Below are positions 46,999 through 58,738 of a stretch of DNA of 64,000 nucleotides, piece after piece; the stretch's first letter is position 1, and every line of letters begins with the position of its first letter. Position numbers and translations under genes: made by a program. Under the pieces are notes generated by a model. The model saw only the letters and a list, made by a program, of their open reading frames with translations, was not told the origin of the DNA and searched no databases. This DNA comes from Plasmodiophora brassicae. Taxonomy: Eukaryota. Location of the stretch: the NCBI GenBank assembly GCA_036867785.1, contig CP145422.1, forward strand, positions 620,001-684,000, read 5' to 3'.

Positions 46999-49900
46999 AT
47001 GACGGCGCGTGCTCGTCGTCGTGGTCTGGCTGCGATTGTCGCCCTGGCCTGTGCGGTTCGCGCTGGGTGGTTGCTGCCCGGGCTGGAGCATGCCCATCTG
47101 CAGGACTGGGATGTGCCGCGCCCGTCCAGGTCGAGCCGACCGCCGTGCAGGCCGAATGCGCCCCGCGTCGCTGTCGTCGTCAAAATGCCAGCTGACACTG
47201 AGTACATGGGACGATCCGTCTCCCATGGCGGATGTATGCCAGATGGTTGTTGGCTGTATTGGCAGGACCTTTAATGATGTGAACAGGTAGTCTGGGAGAG
47301 TACGTCGCTCCAAATGCGTTTGTGGTCAGGCAGTGTCCACAGTGGAAAGCGTTGATTGTCGCCATGGGCCTCGTCGACCGAGGCATAGCGCACGCGGTCA
47401 TCTGCCTGCCAGAACGACGAACCATCGAGAGCGAAGCGGCAACGAAATCGAATGAAACCCGGTTTCGAACGCTGAACCTGTACTCGAAGTACATCACTCA
47501 GAGCGGAGCGCATCGTACCGTCCCAATGTGGGACCAGGGGTTGACTGGGTCCGGCCAGATCGTCGCAGTGGCTGACACGGGCCTGGACCACGACCTATGC
47601 TACTTCCATGATCCGAATCACCCGACGCCGATCGAGAATGTTGGTGGGCCCCAGATGCCTTCGTTGTGTGTGACGCTTGTTGATGTGATGTGCAGGTGAA
47701 TCTGGACCATCGGAAGGTTGTTGTGTATCGAGTTCTCCCACGTGGCTTACCGCCATCCCCCGACACTCGTCACGGGACGCACACGGTACATAACGAATAA
47801 GTCCACCGGTGATGATGTACTGACGAATTGGGTACGCCAGGCTGGGTCAGTAGCGGGTGAGGTGCTGCACACTAGCAAGTTGGTATCTAGTCAGATGAGT
47901 CAATTCAATGGCATGGCCAAGCATGCCAGGCTTGCCGTCTATGATCTTGGTCCGAAGTCGAACGTAAGTTTGTGCCTGGCACATGGTACCTCCCAGTCCT
48001 CACTGGTATCGATGAAGATTAGGATTCCCGGCAATCTGTACAAAGACCTGTACGAGATCATCGTCGCTGATACGGACGCGAAGATCAGCAGTAATTCCTG
48101 GGGCGCTCCTCTCGAAGTGGACAGTGACGGGATCTATGACCAGTATGCTCTGGCAACTGACAAGTTCGTCTGGGACCATCAGGTTGGCAGCCAGAAAACG
48201 CGCGTTGTGCCCGAAGAGCTAAACCTGGCGCTAGGATTTCTTGATCCTGTTTGGTGCGGGTAACTGGGGTCTAACGGCGTCCCGCCCGTCATCAACTATC
48301 GGGACCCCGGCTATCGCGAAGAACGCGCTGACGGTCGGGTCAGCGACGAGTTACGCGGAGAGCTTCAGGGACGCTCATGTCATTCCTCACGCGTTCTTGC
48401 AAGTCGTTGAGCCGCAGCAACGTCCTGGCGTTACTGGTTTGCATTCGATCATACAGGTGGGACTCGCACCACCACCACCAGTGCTATTTCCATGACATTA
48501 TAGGCAATGCGGTTGTGTAGGCAACGTTCGGTAGCGACGTACTTGGTCTGGAGCCCATTCCGCGACCCGTCTGCCCAGCGGACCCGTTCGACGCATGCAC
48601 GCCGCTGGTGAACACCAACGATACACGAAGCGCACTCGTTCTAGTGGGGGCCAGTAGCGGAGGCGGCTGTAACGCCGTCGTCAAGGTGAGACGCTTGAAC
48701 GATCCGTGCGAAAACCATAGCAGTTGACGATGTGTCAGGCACTTCATGTGCAGCAGGCAGCAGGAGCAGCGATTCTTATTGTTGCGTCCCACGAAGGCAA
48801 CGAGCCAATCACAGGCACTGGCCTCGATGTCGAATCGGTAACGATCCCGGTCCTGGGCATCGACAGAGACCTTGGAAGAAACCTTCAGTCGGTTGTCGAA
48901 TTGAGCCCAGTGAAGGTCCTGGTCCCTGCCTACGATGCCTCGCTGAAGGAGAAACGCAACCTCGGCTACGTGTCCGATTTCTCATCACGCGGGCCTACCT
49001 TCGGTACCCCCTTCGGAGCTTGCGTCAGGGGCGCCGTGAAACTAATCGTGACCTTCGCAGACGGCCGCATCAAGCCTGATATTCTCGCACCCGGCGAATA
49101 CATCATGTCAGCAAAGAGCGACATGAACCTGAACTCGTTCCAGTGCGATCGTACGTGTTGCCCGCCAATCCCTTGAATCCGACACATCCTGAACAATGCC
49201 GGTCTGTTAGCCACACAGTATTCGAGTATGAAAGGGACGTCCATGGCGACGCCGATCGCCGCTGGGAACGTTGCCCAGATCCGGCAGTACTTTGTCGATG
49301 GATACTACCCCTCTGGACGCGCGGTATGTTACCCTGATCTTTGTATGAAACCCCACCCTAATGCAAGACACGTAGAATCCGGCGGATGCTATCAGATCGC
49401 CCTCGGCAGCATTGCTGAAAGCCATGGCCATCAACAGTGGCGTTACGATGACGGGTTGGGTCGTCTCGTTGAATGCAGGTAGGGTTCGTCTGTGTGACTG
49501 CGGACGATTGCTATTCATTGGCAAGTCAGGTCCAATCAATGTCGACCCTCCACCATCGACGCTACAAGGTTATGGCCGGATGCAGTTGGATCGAATCCTG
49601 CCGCTGGCTCCAGCTACGTTCCAACTTGTCGTTAGCGACAACAGGTCGATGGTGACTGGAGACCACCACCACTTCTGCTTCAGGGTGCGACCTTCCGATC
49701 GACCGTTCAAGGCGTCCCTAGGTCGGTCACGTTTGATGCACCCGTTTCGGATACAGGATCAGATAGCCTGCGTACAGTGTGGACAGATCCGCCGCCAGAT
49801 CTCGATGCCGATTATCTGCTGATCAATAACCTCGACCTGATCGTGACATCGATCCCGACAGGCGCGCTCTGGATCGGCAACCTCCGCGATTCGATCATCG

Positions 49901-51018
49901 CTGACAACTCGACTCGTTTGCACACCTTCATGGACGCCATGAACAACGTCGAGCAGGTTATCGTTCACCCGTCTATAGGTCTGACGACTCGCTGACGGCA
50001 ACCTGTAGGTCGACGTCGGGCCCGATCAGGACGGTCTCTTCGACGTGATGGTATCTGGGACCCATGTCGTCGTTGGCCCTCAGCCATACGCGCTTGTCGT
50101 TACGGGAACGTACGTGTCGGTGTAGGATTGTGCACGCACGTATCGATCTGAAGTGGGGGGCGGCCAGGTTCGATCTGGAACCATTGTCGTCGTGTCGAAG
50201 CACGCGAACGGTTTGCCCAGATAACTGCAGTCAAGGCCAGGGGTTCTGCACGGCCGATGGCCTCTGCCAATGTCACGCTGGGTTCGCTGGTACCGTAGCA
50301 TGCCATCTGCAGGCGTGTCTGGATTGTCCTCTGATTCAGGCGCCCTCAGGATTTGATTGTTCGTATGCAAGCACCAGTGTGAAGGGGCGGCCAGGGGCCA
50401 TTCAGACGAGCCGGGTGGACGTCGGTCAGTGGCAATTCTACCACTTCGACGTCGTGGACCAGGTCGCGCCTGCGGATGACCTGGCGTTCGGTTCGCAGAC
50501 GACATGCGTCCTGGTGACCGTGTCGACGACGGGTTCGGCGCCCAACGCTGACCCGGAACTGTTCATGTCGTTCGGCGAGATGCCCAGCCTGACGACGGCA
50601 CAATGGTCCAACCGGAGCCGAACGTTCCCGAGCACGATCGTCGTGCGGGGCACGCCTACGCTGCACCTGGGACGGTACTACATTGGCGTGCATGGTGGAT
50701 GCTGCCAGCCGGCGTCGTTCCAGCTGACAGTCAGCGATTCATGCGGCCCAATGGTAACGGGGCTCAGGCAGGCGGGCGCCGAGCTCTTCAAGGTACGAAC
50801 GCGTTCGGGTGCTTCGTCGCGTCGATGGGCTTATCGTAATAACCGTGTGGCAGGGCACAGCAACCTTGAGCGTGGGGCAAGTCGTCGTCATCGTCATGCT
50901 TGTCACGGCCATCGTCGCCGCCATCGCCGTCATCATCGTGCGGCTGCTGATCGAGCAACCGAACAAGTATCGGCAGATCCAGCTGGCCCACCCGGCGACA
51001 ACGGGACTGGACGGATAA
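46999..51018 (+). CDS. Membrane-anchored subtilisin (S8, Kp43-like) with PA insert, EGF domain and C-terminal TM; many introns
   Basis: SP; triad VAVADTGLD, HGTHT|AGSVAG, MKGTSMATPIAAG; ISSNSWG; ILFGAGN; FSSRGPT-DGRIKPDILAPG; QGYGR; NNLDL; NNVEQV; CPDNCSQGQGFCTADGLCQCHAGFAG; TM VVVIVMLVTAIVAAIAVIIV. Confidence 0.92.
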
Positions 51019-51084
51019 GGGCTGAGCGCTTTGCATTACCGTACCTAGATCTATACGGCAAACACCTGTAAATGCCAATTCCCT

Positions 51085-51576
51085 TTAGGAGGGACCGCCG
51101 ATGGCACCTGCCGACGACGCGCCGCGCCCAATGGGACACCTTTTCACATAGCACCACTTGCGGCCTTGATCGGTGGGGACCTCCTGCTGCAGGGCGTACT
51201 GCCGGGCGTCGAGAAACCTGGGCATGTGACGGAACCTGTCCGGGTACGTGTTGACCGTCACGACCGGGACGGGTTCGGACGATTCGGCGACGTCAAACAG
51301 GGCGCTCATGACGCCGCTCCGTCGGTGTTCGGCCCTGGTGCCCGCCAGCCACACATGCACTCCTGCGCCGCGGTCATGCACGAACACGAACCCTTGTAGC
51401 CGGCCTGGGTCGCGCCTGTCGTGCGCGTAGTGGATACGCCCCCGAAGACGAAACCGTTCCCGCCACGCCTCCATTGTCAGGATCGGACTCGACGGGTCCT
51501 GGAACACGTCGCGCGCCAGCTCGAGCACGTGTGCAACGCGCTCGTCCGACGCATCCGTGATCGTTCGCACGTCCAT
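51085..51576 (-). CDS. GNAT-family N-acetyltransferase, intronless
   Basis: LQGFVFVH...VHVWLAGTRAEHRRSGVMSALF (acetyl-CoA motif A), VTVNTYP. Confidence 0.8.
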   Translation of the reverse strand: MDVRTITDASDERVAHVLELARDVFQDPSSPILTMEAWRERFRLRGRIHYAHDRRDPGRLQGFVFVHDRGAGVHVWLAGTRAEHRRSGVMSALFDVAESSEPVPVVTVNTYPDRFRHMPRFLDARQYALQQEVPTDQGRKWCYVKRCPIGRGASSAGAIGGPS

Positions 51577-51610
51577 CGTGGGCCGCAACGTTGCTCGTCG
51601 TTATATATAT

Positions 51611-52484
51611 TTAGAAATACAGCGCCTCCTCCTCGCGAACGTTGGTCATGTCCTCGGGCATCTGCAGGGCCTCGTCCGGGTCCAGACTGGGCGTCGGTTC
51701 GGCCAGCAGCGGCACCGCATCTGGACGGAGACGTTCCTGCAGCGCGCGCAGACGATGGATGTCGCCCGTGGTCGGGTTGTCGCCGAACCAGTTGCAGAGC
51801 GTCATGTCGAGCGGAACAGAGATGACCGCGTACACGTCGGGGTCCTCGAGGTCCTCCCAGGTGAACTCGACGTCGACGTCGTAGTTGCGGCGCCTGCCGC
51901 GCGTGAAGACGCGCGACGCCAGCTGGCAGTCCAGGGCGCAGACGGGCAGCTGGAACCCGAGCCTGGGCGCCGTCGGGCACAGCAGGCCAACGTAATGGTC
52001 CATGTGGTTCAGACGCAGGAGCGCCTCGACCACCATGATCCGGTCCAGCTCCGTTGTCAGCGTGTCGCCGTCATGGTCGCTGAACGTCTCCAGGTTGTCG
52101 ATAAACGACGCAAACCTGCGCCGCGAGCCATCATCAGATCATCATCGTCCACAGGGCGGTGGGCGGCGGGACGCTATACCTGATCAGGGCGCCCTTGCGC
52201 CATTCCGGCACGATTGTTCGATGGATGACGGGTTCGTCGCGCTCGCGCCAGTTCTCCCAGCTGGCCCGCGCGTCCTGGAACATGCCGTACAGGCCGTAAT
52301 GGTCGACGGCGCGCCTGGCCACCTCGACGCGCTCCTCGGGGATCACCTCCGCGTCGGGGTCGACCCGGGGCGTCTTCGGCGGCGTCCGCGCGATCGACGT
52401 CGGATGCCGCTGCAGACGCTTCCGGATCGCCTCGGGCAGCAGGAACCATTTGCCCAGCCGGGCGCGGTACGCGTCCGCCGCCAT
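51611..52484 (-). CDS. Unannotated family member B1 (one intron, 52116-52179)
   Basis: PVIHRTIVPEWRKGALIR|FASF...LDRIMVVEALLRLNHMDHYVGLLCPTAPRLG. Confidence 0.7.
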
Positions 52485-52564
52485 CGACTCCAATCACGCC
52501 AGCCCCTCCTGATTTGGCGCACGCGGAGCTCGATAGGTGTTGGTACTTTAGTGACCCGCGCGCC

Positions 52565-52807
52565 TCAGCAGCAGCAGCAGGCCTGCTGAGCGACACAGCA
52601 GGTGGCGGTCGCACAGCAACTCGCAGGACGCCGGCAGAAGCAGGCCAGGAGGGCGATCAGCAGGGCGACGACGACGACGAGGACGGTAGTGAGGGTGGCT
52701 CCAGTTGGCAAGCTCCACGACACATCGGTTGGGAGCGCGGGGAGGTCCAGCGCACCGCTCACAGCGATCGATGCTGCGACCACGACGATCAGGACGGCGC
52801 CTAACAT
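52565..52807 (-). CDS. Small protein (80 aa): signal peptide, TM helix, Cys-rich tail ending CCCC
   Basis: MLGAVLIVVVAASIAVSG...VLVVVVALLIALLACFCRRPASCCATATCCVAQQACCCC*. Confidence 0.6.
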   Translation of the reverse strand: MLGAVLIVVVAASIAVSGALDLPALPTDVSWSLPTGATLTTVLVVVVALLIALLACFCRRPASCCATATCCVAQQACCCC

Positions 52808-52958
52808 CGACGCGGGCTTCGCGATCGATGGTGACCCCCTCGAACAGAGCCTGTGCACTTCGAAAACGTTCCAGAACAGGGCAAGATTCCCGACAAGACA
52901 GCCATGACGAATGTCGGGTATAACATCGTCGTGTATGGGTGGGCGGGGCCCAATATGA

Positions 52959-53880
52959 TCAGCTGGATTCGCCATCGACGACGACGCTGGCGGCGGAGGT
53001 TCGTGCCCCGTCTTCGAGGAAGTCGAACAGCTCGCTGGGGTCGCCCGGCCAGACCGTCAGCCCGTCCTTGAGTGGCACCGACGTGTGGAAGACGGACGCC
53101 GGCTTGGACAGCGTCTGCCACGTCATTTGTAGCTCGATGGTGCTGTCCTCCGGGTTCTTGACGAAGGCCCTCGCCATGAGCTCGCAGTCCTTGTCGTCGA
53201 CGACGTGGAAGAAGCCCAGTCGGGGGGCACTCGGGCACAGCAGCGAGATCCGGTCGTCGTCGTCGCCGAGCAGGCGCAACGCCTCTAGGGCCATCATGCG
53301 ATCCAGCTCGCGTGACAGTTCCTTCACGTCGAGGTTCTCCAGCGTGCCCAGCGCGCCCAGATACGAACAGAAGCTATGGCACACGGGCGTCAGTCGGCAC
53401 AGGAGGCGAACCGTCGAACGGGGTGCACGCGCGCGCTGACGTGATGGTGACTTGCTTGCGCCAGCCCCTGAGGATGTCGGGTTTGATCAGCGAGCGGTCC
53501 TGGACCCGCGTGTTCTCCCACGTGCGAAGCGCCGTGTCCAGCAGGGCGTCCAGCCCGCCCAGCGTCTTCAGATGCGCCACCGCCCGCGCCACGTCCTCGT
53601 CGCTGATGCCCTCCCGCTGCATGCGGTCGGCGTCCGCGCGTCCCCGATCGTCGACGTCCTCGCTCTGCATCCGATCATACAGCGCGTCCATCTGGTCGCT
53701 CAGCCGCACGGCCTCGTCCTTGACCCATGGGCGCACCTGCTCCCCGGCGTCGTCGTCTGCGACAGCCGGCAACCCCTTCTTGAACGCGTCGAACCCCATG
53801 CTGTTGTGCGGCATACGCCGGCCTACCGATGCCACCCTTCGCCATCGTACCCGCGACGAGGCCGCCCGCCACGACAACAT
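52959..53880 (-). CDS. Unannotated family member B2 (intron 53374-53440), mitochondrial-type presequence
   Basis: MLSWRAASSRVRWRRVAS; SDEDVARAVAHLKTLG...LIKPDILRGWRKQVTIT|FCSY...LDRMMALEALRLLGDDDDRISLLCPSAPRLG. Confidence 0.75.
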
Positions 53881-54055
53881 CACCAAACGAGGCCAACCGG
53901 CTGCCCAGGATCGCTATAAATGGTGCCCACCAACGTGGCCATTATGTTCAATACGTCGTCGATGCCTCCAGACGATCCCTCGAACGCTCTACAGCACCCG
54001 GGGCAGGAGCCGTTTCAAGGGTAAATTTACACTGGCGGTTCGATGCAGGGGGCGA

Positions 54056-54849
54056 TCAGCGAGGAAGGCTGTCCCGGCCCTTGGTCGCCCAGGCGTACAG
54101 GTCGATGGTGTTGTCGACGAACAGCGTGTGCTCGGATGTGAGTTCCAGGGTCTGGTTCAGCATCGTGTCCGGATCCGCCAGGAGTTGCCAGGTCAGTTTG
54201 AGGCCGACCTTGCCGGCGGTGGCGTCGTCTTTCACGAGGGTCCGCGCGACGAGCTCGCAATCCTTGCCGTCGACGACGTCTAGCTTGCCGAGCTTGGCAG
54301 CGTTAGGGATAAGCAGCGTAATGGCATCGTCCTCGTCCTCGATCAGCTTCAGCGCCTCGACGCACATGATGCGGTGCAGGCCCTTAATCAGCTCCTGCTG
54401 GGTCTGCCTCTCGAACAGGTAGCCGAGATGCCTGCAGAACCTGTCGACGCGATCAGCAAGCCGTCCGTAGGCGACGGGCGGCGATGTGCGAACCCGATGA
54501 TGACGTGCTTCCGCCATTCCTTCATGATCGCCGCCTTGAGCAGGGGTTGAGACGACATCCCATCGTGCAGGCACACAAACTTGTCCATGCATTCGATCAG
54601 CATATCCGCGGTACCTAACGCCTTCAGGTTCCCCAGCGCCCTCTCTACGTCGTCGTCGGTCACCGGTCTCTTCTCCAGCTCCCGCTTGTGCGAATCGACA
54701 TCCTTCATCACCCGGTCGACGGTCTCTTCGTCGGCAACGTTTGGCAGTATTTTCTGTTGCCGGCCGACCGTCGAGAACCAGGCTGTAACCGGGGGCGTGC
54801 GGCGATGGAGTATACCGGCTCGGCTGCCGCACCACCTGCCGAGCTGCAT
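54056..54849 (-). CDS. Unannotated family member B3 (intron 54441-54493)
   Basis: MQLGRWCGSRAGILHRR; TDDDVERALGNLKALG...PLLKAAIMKEWRKHVIIG|FCRH...LHRIMCVEALKLIEDEDDAITLLIPNAAKLG. Confidence 0.75.
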
Positions 54850-55041
54850 CGTTCCGCGCCACCGCAGTCGCAGAGCTGCAACCCTCATCCTGTCGGTACC
54901 GGACTGCGCCCCCCGTTCCAAAGCTGCAGCACGGCCCGCACGTGCGCAGTGTGGCCCCCTGGCACGCACACCACTGGTCTGATCTTTGAACAATCAACAG
55001 CCAGATACCTGTATTCCGGTCAGCAGCATCCGCCACTCCGG

Positions 55042-56625
55042 TCAGTGGTTGGCAGCGTGCTGACGATGCCATCGTCGGGCGACCAGCGACTCGACGATCT
55101 GTTTGCAGCGGTGCCCCCAGATGGGGTGGGGTTCGGCGGCGAGCTCATCCGCTATACGCTTCGCCGCGATGGCCGTTGGGATCCGTTCGGCTTTGGCGCG
55201 GTCCAGAACCGATTGCGACACCTTCCAGATGCTGTTGTCCCAGTCGCGTCCAAAGTGCCTGGTAATGGCGGGGTCGTCCGAGACGTAGCCGTACTGCTCG
55301 TTGGCGCATGTGACGATGCCCATGCGGTTGGCAATGAAATCGGGAACGAAGACGATTCCTTTCTCGGTGATGGACACCGCGTCGGTTTCCTCGTCGAGAA
55401 GCTGGTTGTTCGCCGCACCGCAAACGATCGGCGCCTTGATCTTTGGGATCGTGCCCTGGTTCAGCACGCCGCCGAGCGCACAGGGTATCACAACATCGAC
55501 GTCCTCGGACAGGATGCTATTATCGCCACGGCTGCTCAGCGCGAACTCGACAACTGATTTCCCGTTGTCATGCCGCTTGGCATGTGCGCTGGCGATCGCT
55601 AACGTATCGGGACTGATATCAGTTACCTTGACATAGTCGACGTTTCTGCGAAGCAGGTTGGCAATGACCGACTGGGCAACGTTTCCAGCGCCCTGGATCG
55701 CGACACTCTTGCCGGCGAGCGCGTCGCCTCGGTTGCGCCAGTCCAGAGCGGCCTCGACGGCACAGACAACACCCGTGCCGGTTGCGACGCTCGGGTTGCC
55801 ACTGCCACCGACCTGGCCGGGTATGCAGGTGGTGAACCTGCTCACCAAATGAGCACGGCAACTCGAACCAGGCCTGTATGGGAGCCACCTTGTTTTGGAA
55901 AAGATGGCCATCATGTCCTGGTTCCCGACCCCAACGTCTTCAGCGGTAACGTAGCACCCGTCAAGGCTGGTGATGAAGGAGCCGTAGTCTTCGAAGAGTG
56001 CCCGGCGGCGATCTGGGCTCAAGCGACTGTTGACCGAGGCAATGACACCCTTGCCCCCGCCCCAGTACAATCCTGCCAGGGCGTTCTTCCTGCCCATGCC
56101 TTGCGACAGCCGCAATCCTAGGACCAGAGCTAAGATGGACCAGCTGTAACCGGTGGGCAGAGCGGCTACCGTCCGAGAGAAAGTCTGCAAATCTGTCGTA
56201 AGAAGGCCAGTACCGTACTCCCCCTGACAGCACATCAGACAACCTGGTCGGCTACGAATCCTGAACAATGTGACGAACGTACCGGCACCTTGACCGCGAA
56301 CAGTCCTCCACAGTGTTGCAGAAAACAGGGCGTCCTTGGATGGCGACACTTCCAGGAAGATCGCCTACGCCCATCTAAGTCCAAGAACGAACATGTGTCG
56401 TGGAGGGACCTCATGCTGATTGAAATCGCGTTTGTCGTCGACGATTGCTGACGCGATGCCGTCGAACATGTTGTGCGACGTCCTAAACCGTCGGCCTTCG
56501 TCGAAAACAATGTAGGAGCGATGTTGCCCGGCGGCCAACATGGCCGATATCACGTCGGCGATTGTGCTGTCCATCGCAACGGCCCCACGTTTAGCAACGG
56601 ACGACATTGTCGCGGTGGACGCCAT
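55042..56625 (-). CDS. Glu/Leu/Phe/Val dehydrogenase (leucine dehydrogenase-like), multi-exon
   Basis: GMGRKNALAGLYWGGGKGVI; YVTAEDVG; GGSGNPSVATGTGVV; VAIQGAGNV; PCALGG; CGAANNQL; VPDFIANRMGIV. Confidence 0.92.
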
Positions 56626-56699
56626 GTCAAAAGCGGACACGTCGGCGCGTGTCGCTAACGGTCACCTTTTGCCACGTGTAACATGGAACGCTTTTGACG

Positions 56700-56844
56700 G
56701 AAGATCCTGCTGGCGTGATGATTGCAACAATCGCATTTTCATTGGGCATTAAACGTGACCATAGTGGGCGACCAAGTCAACATCCGAACGGTTAATGCCC
56801 AATGAAAATGCGATTGTTGCAATCATCACGCCAGCAGGATCTTC
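56700..56844. repeat. Perfect 53-bp inverted repeat with 39-nt spacer
   Basis: 56700-56752 gaagatcctgctggcgtgatgattgcaacaatcgcattttcattgggcattaa is the exact reverse complement of 56792-56844. Confidence 0.97.
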
Positions 56845-57370
56845 TTCCCATCCCAGCTGCGATGCTTCTTTCGCAGAAGTGCTCATGTCTAGAGGTCGAC
56901 ATCAGAAATACCGGAATGGTACACAAATACGTTCCCAGAATACGGGCGGATGCGCTTAGACAACATCTCAAAGACGTGATTGGCGTGGAGCTTGCGGAGG
57001 ACATATATGATGGCCTTCCTCGAGGTCACGGGTCGCGCGAAGATATCCACCAGCATCAGGTCAGCTTCGCCAATCGTCTCACACTGAACGAATCGACGGG
57101 AGGCGTTGCGTCGTGTTGGGATTAGACGGCATTCATGCGGGACGTCGGCCATGCGGCTATGTCATACACTCGCTGGTCGTGAAATGCCAAACCGCCATTT
57201 CCGTCGTCAATAACCGCCTCCATATGTTTACACGTTCTCCCCAGGTCTACTGTGCCACGAGTGTGCGACGGTTGCCGCCAGAAGGAGAAGTGGACCAGAG
57301 CGTACAGCAGCGCGAACAACGACGTTCATCTGCTAACATTCACGTTGTATGCCCAACATGCGCCCAGTAA
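56802..57370 (+). CDS. Possible small hypothetical gene starting within the right arm of the inverted repeat
   Basis: ORF 56802-57125 (MKMRLLQ...LRQHLKDVIGVELAEDIYDGL) plus short downstream ORFs and GT/AG sites; no recognised domain. Confidence 0.3.
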
Positions 57371-57466
57371 TGAAGTATTATACACACAGCGCCTCTCGAC
57401 CCTGAGTAGGTTTACCATATCTGTTAAAATAGCCGGGAGACGCGGTGGACTCGTTCCCGAACCGCT

Positions 57467-58399
57467 CTACGACACGAAGGTTATATGATCCGGATAGTGC
57501 GGTACGCCCTTGGACAGAAGCGGTACTGCAACGAATCGTAACATGACCTGCGACAGCAACACGCCGACGGACAGGGAAACGATCGAGGCGAAGGCCCAGG
57601 CGGCAGGGCCGTACCCGTAGCAGAACTCGGGTATCGCATGCCTCAGCAACGGGTCATCGCTAGATAAAAGAAATGGCGGACTCTTCCGGGATATGACTCG
57701 ATTGACACCAACGGCCGTTCCCGTGAACAGCAGGAAATACGCCAGCTGTCGCAGGCCTCGTAGGTTATGCTTTCGGACGGCCTCTTGTCGTGACGATACT
57801 CGTCCTTGCGTTAACGCATATGCTGACACCAGCAGGCCAGCCGTCACCAAACGCTTCAACGGCACGGCTGGCGTCGCAGGAGTGAGAGCAGCAACCGTCG
57901 GCGGGTCTTGGAGGGGCTCCCGTGGCAGAACGGGCGTCGAATGAAGTGAAGCGGAAGTATTGGGGACAGGCGGAACCGGTCTGGATATATCAAGTGACGA
58001 ACGACGAGACCCGGCGGGCGTCACAACGGATCGAGGAGCGGCGGGCGTCAGAGCAAGTGGAAGAGACAGGACCATCTCCGGCGGAGGCGTCTTCAGACCA
58101 TCAGTGAAAGCGGAAGGGTCGTCAGACGTATATCGTCGACGGCAAGTGATTTTCGGAGGGCGCCACTGCCGGAAACCAGATAGCCCATCTTCCGATTTGG
58201 AGCGCTCCACGCGCATCGACTCTGCGGATGCGGGCGAAGCCGCCGGTGGTTCCTCCGTGGTGCTCGTTTGCGGTGGTGGAACCGGCAGGACGACCAGCGG
58301 AATAGCCGGCGGCGCCTTAGAGGGTGGGCTTCTTGGCATGGATGCGCTGATCTGGACGGTGGTGGCGATAACGACGACCAATGCCGAGCAGCGGAGCAT
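57467..58399 (-). CDS. Signal peptide + Pro/Ser-rich region + C-terminal hydrophobic helices
   Basis: MLRCSALVVVIATTVQISA; Pro-rich linker; hydrophobic segments LVTAGLLVSAYAL, LAYFLLFTGTAVGV, AWAFASIVSLSVGVLL. Confidence 0.65.
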   Translation of the reverse strand: MLRCSALVVVIATTVQISASMPRSPPSKAPPAIPLVVLPVPPPQTSTTEEPPAASPASAESMRVERSKSEDGLSGFRQWRPPKITCRRRYTSDDPSAFTDGLKTPPPEMVLSLPLALTPAAPRSVVTPAGSRRSSLDISRPVPPVPNTSASLHSTPVLPREPLQDPPTVAALTPATPAVPLKRLVTAGLLVSAYALTQGRVSSRQEAVRKHNLRGLRQLAYFLLFTGTAVGVNRVISRKSPPFLLSSDDPLLRHAIPEFCYGYGPAAWAFASIVSLSVGVLLSQVMLRFVAVPLLSKGVPHYPDHITFVS

Positions 58400-58738
58400 G
58401 GCGGCTCTGACGACGGTAGCGACCCGCGGTCTCGGCATCGGTCTGGACGCCACCTGCCACGATAGTGCGACGGCGATCAGGGCCGCCGGTCGCTAAATCT
58501 GTTTTTGCGTGATGGCGCGACCAGTCACGCAGAATGCGCCGGCTGCACCCACCCACTGATGCCACCTCGTGTCGTCCCAGTCCCGTGGGCCCCTGTCCAT
58601 ACAGGAAATAAGAGTAACAAATTCCACACGCGCCTGCGCGCGTGTTTTTGTGATTTGACCATGCTTTCATCGGCCGCGACGGCCTGGTACGATATTTCGG
58701 TCGACGACAGTGTACCTAGGAGCATTGCTGTCGCGTTT

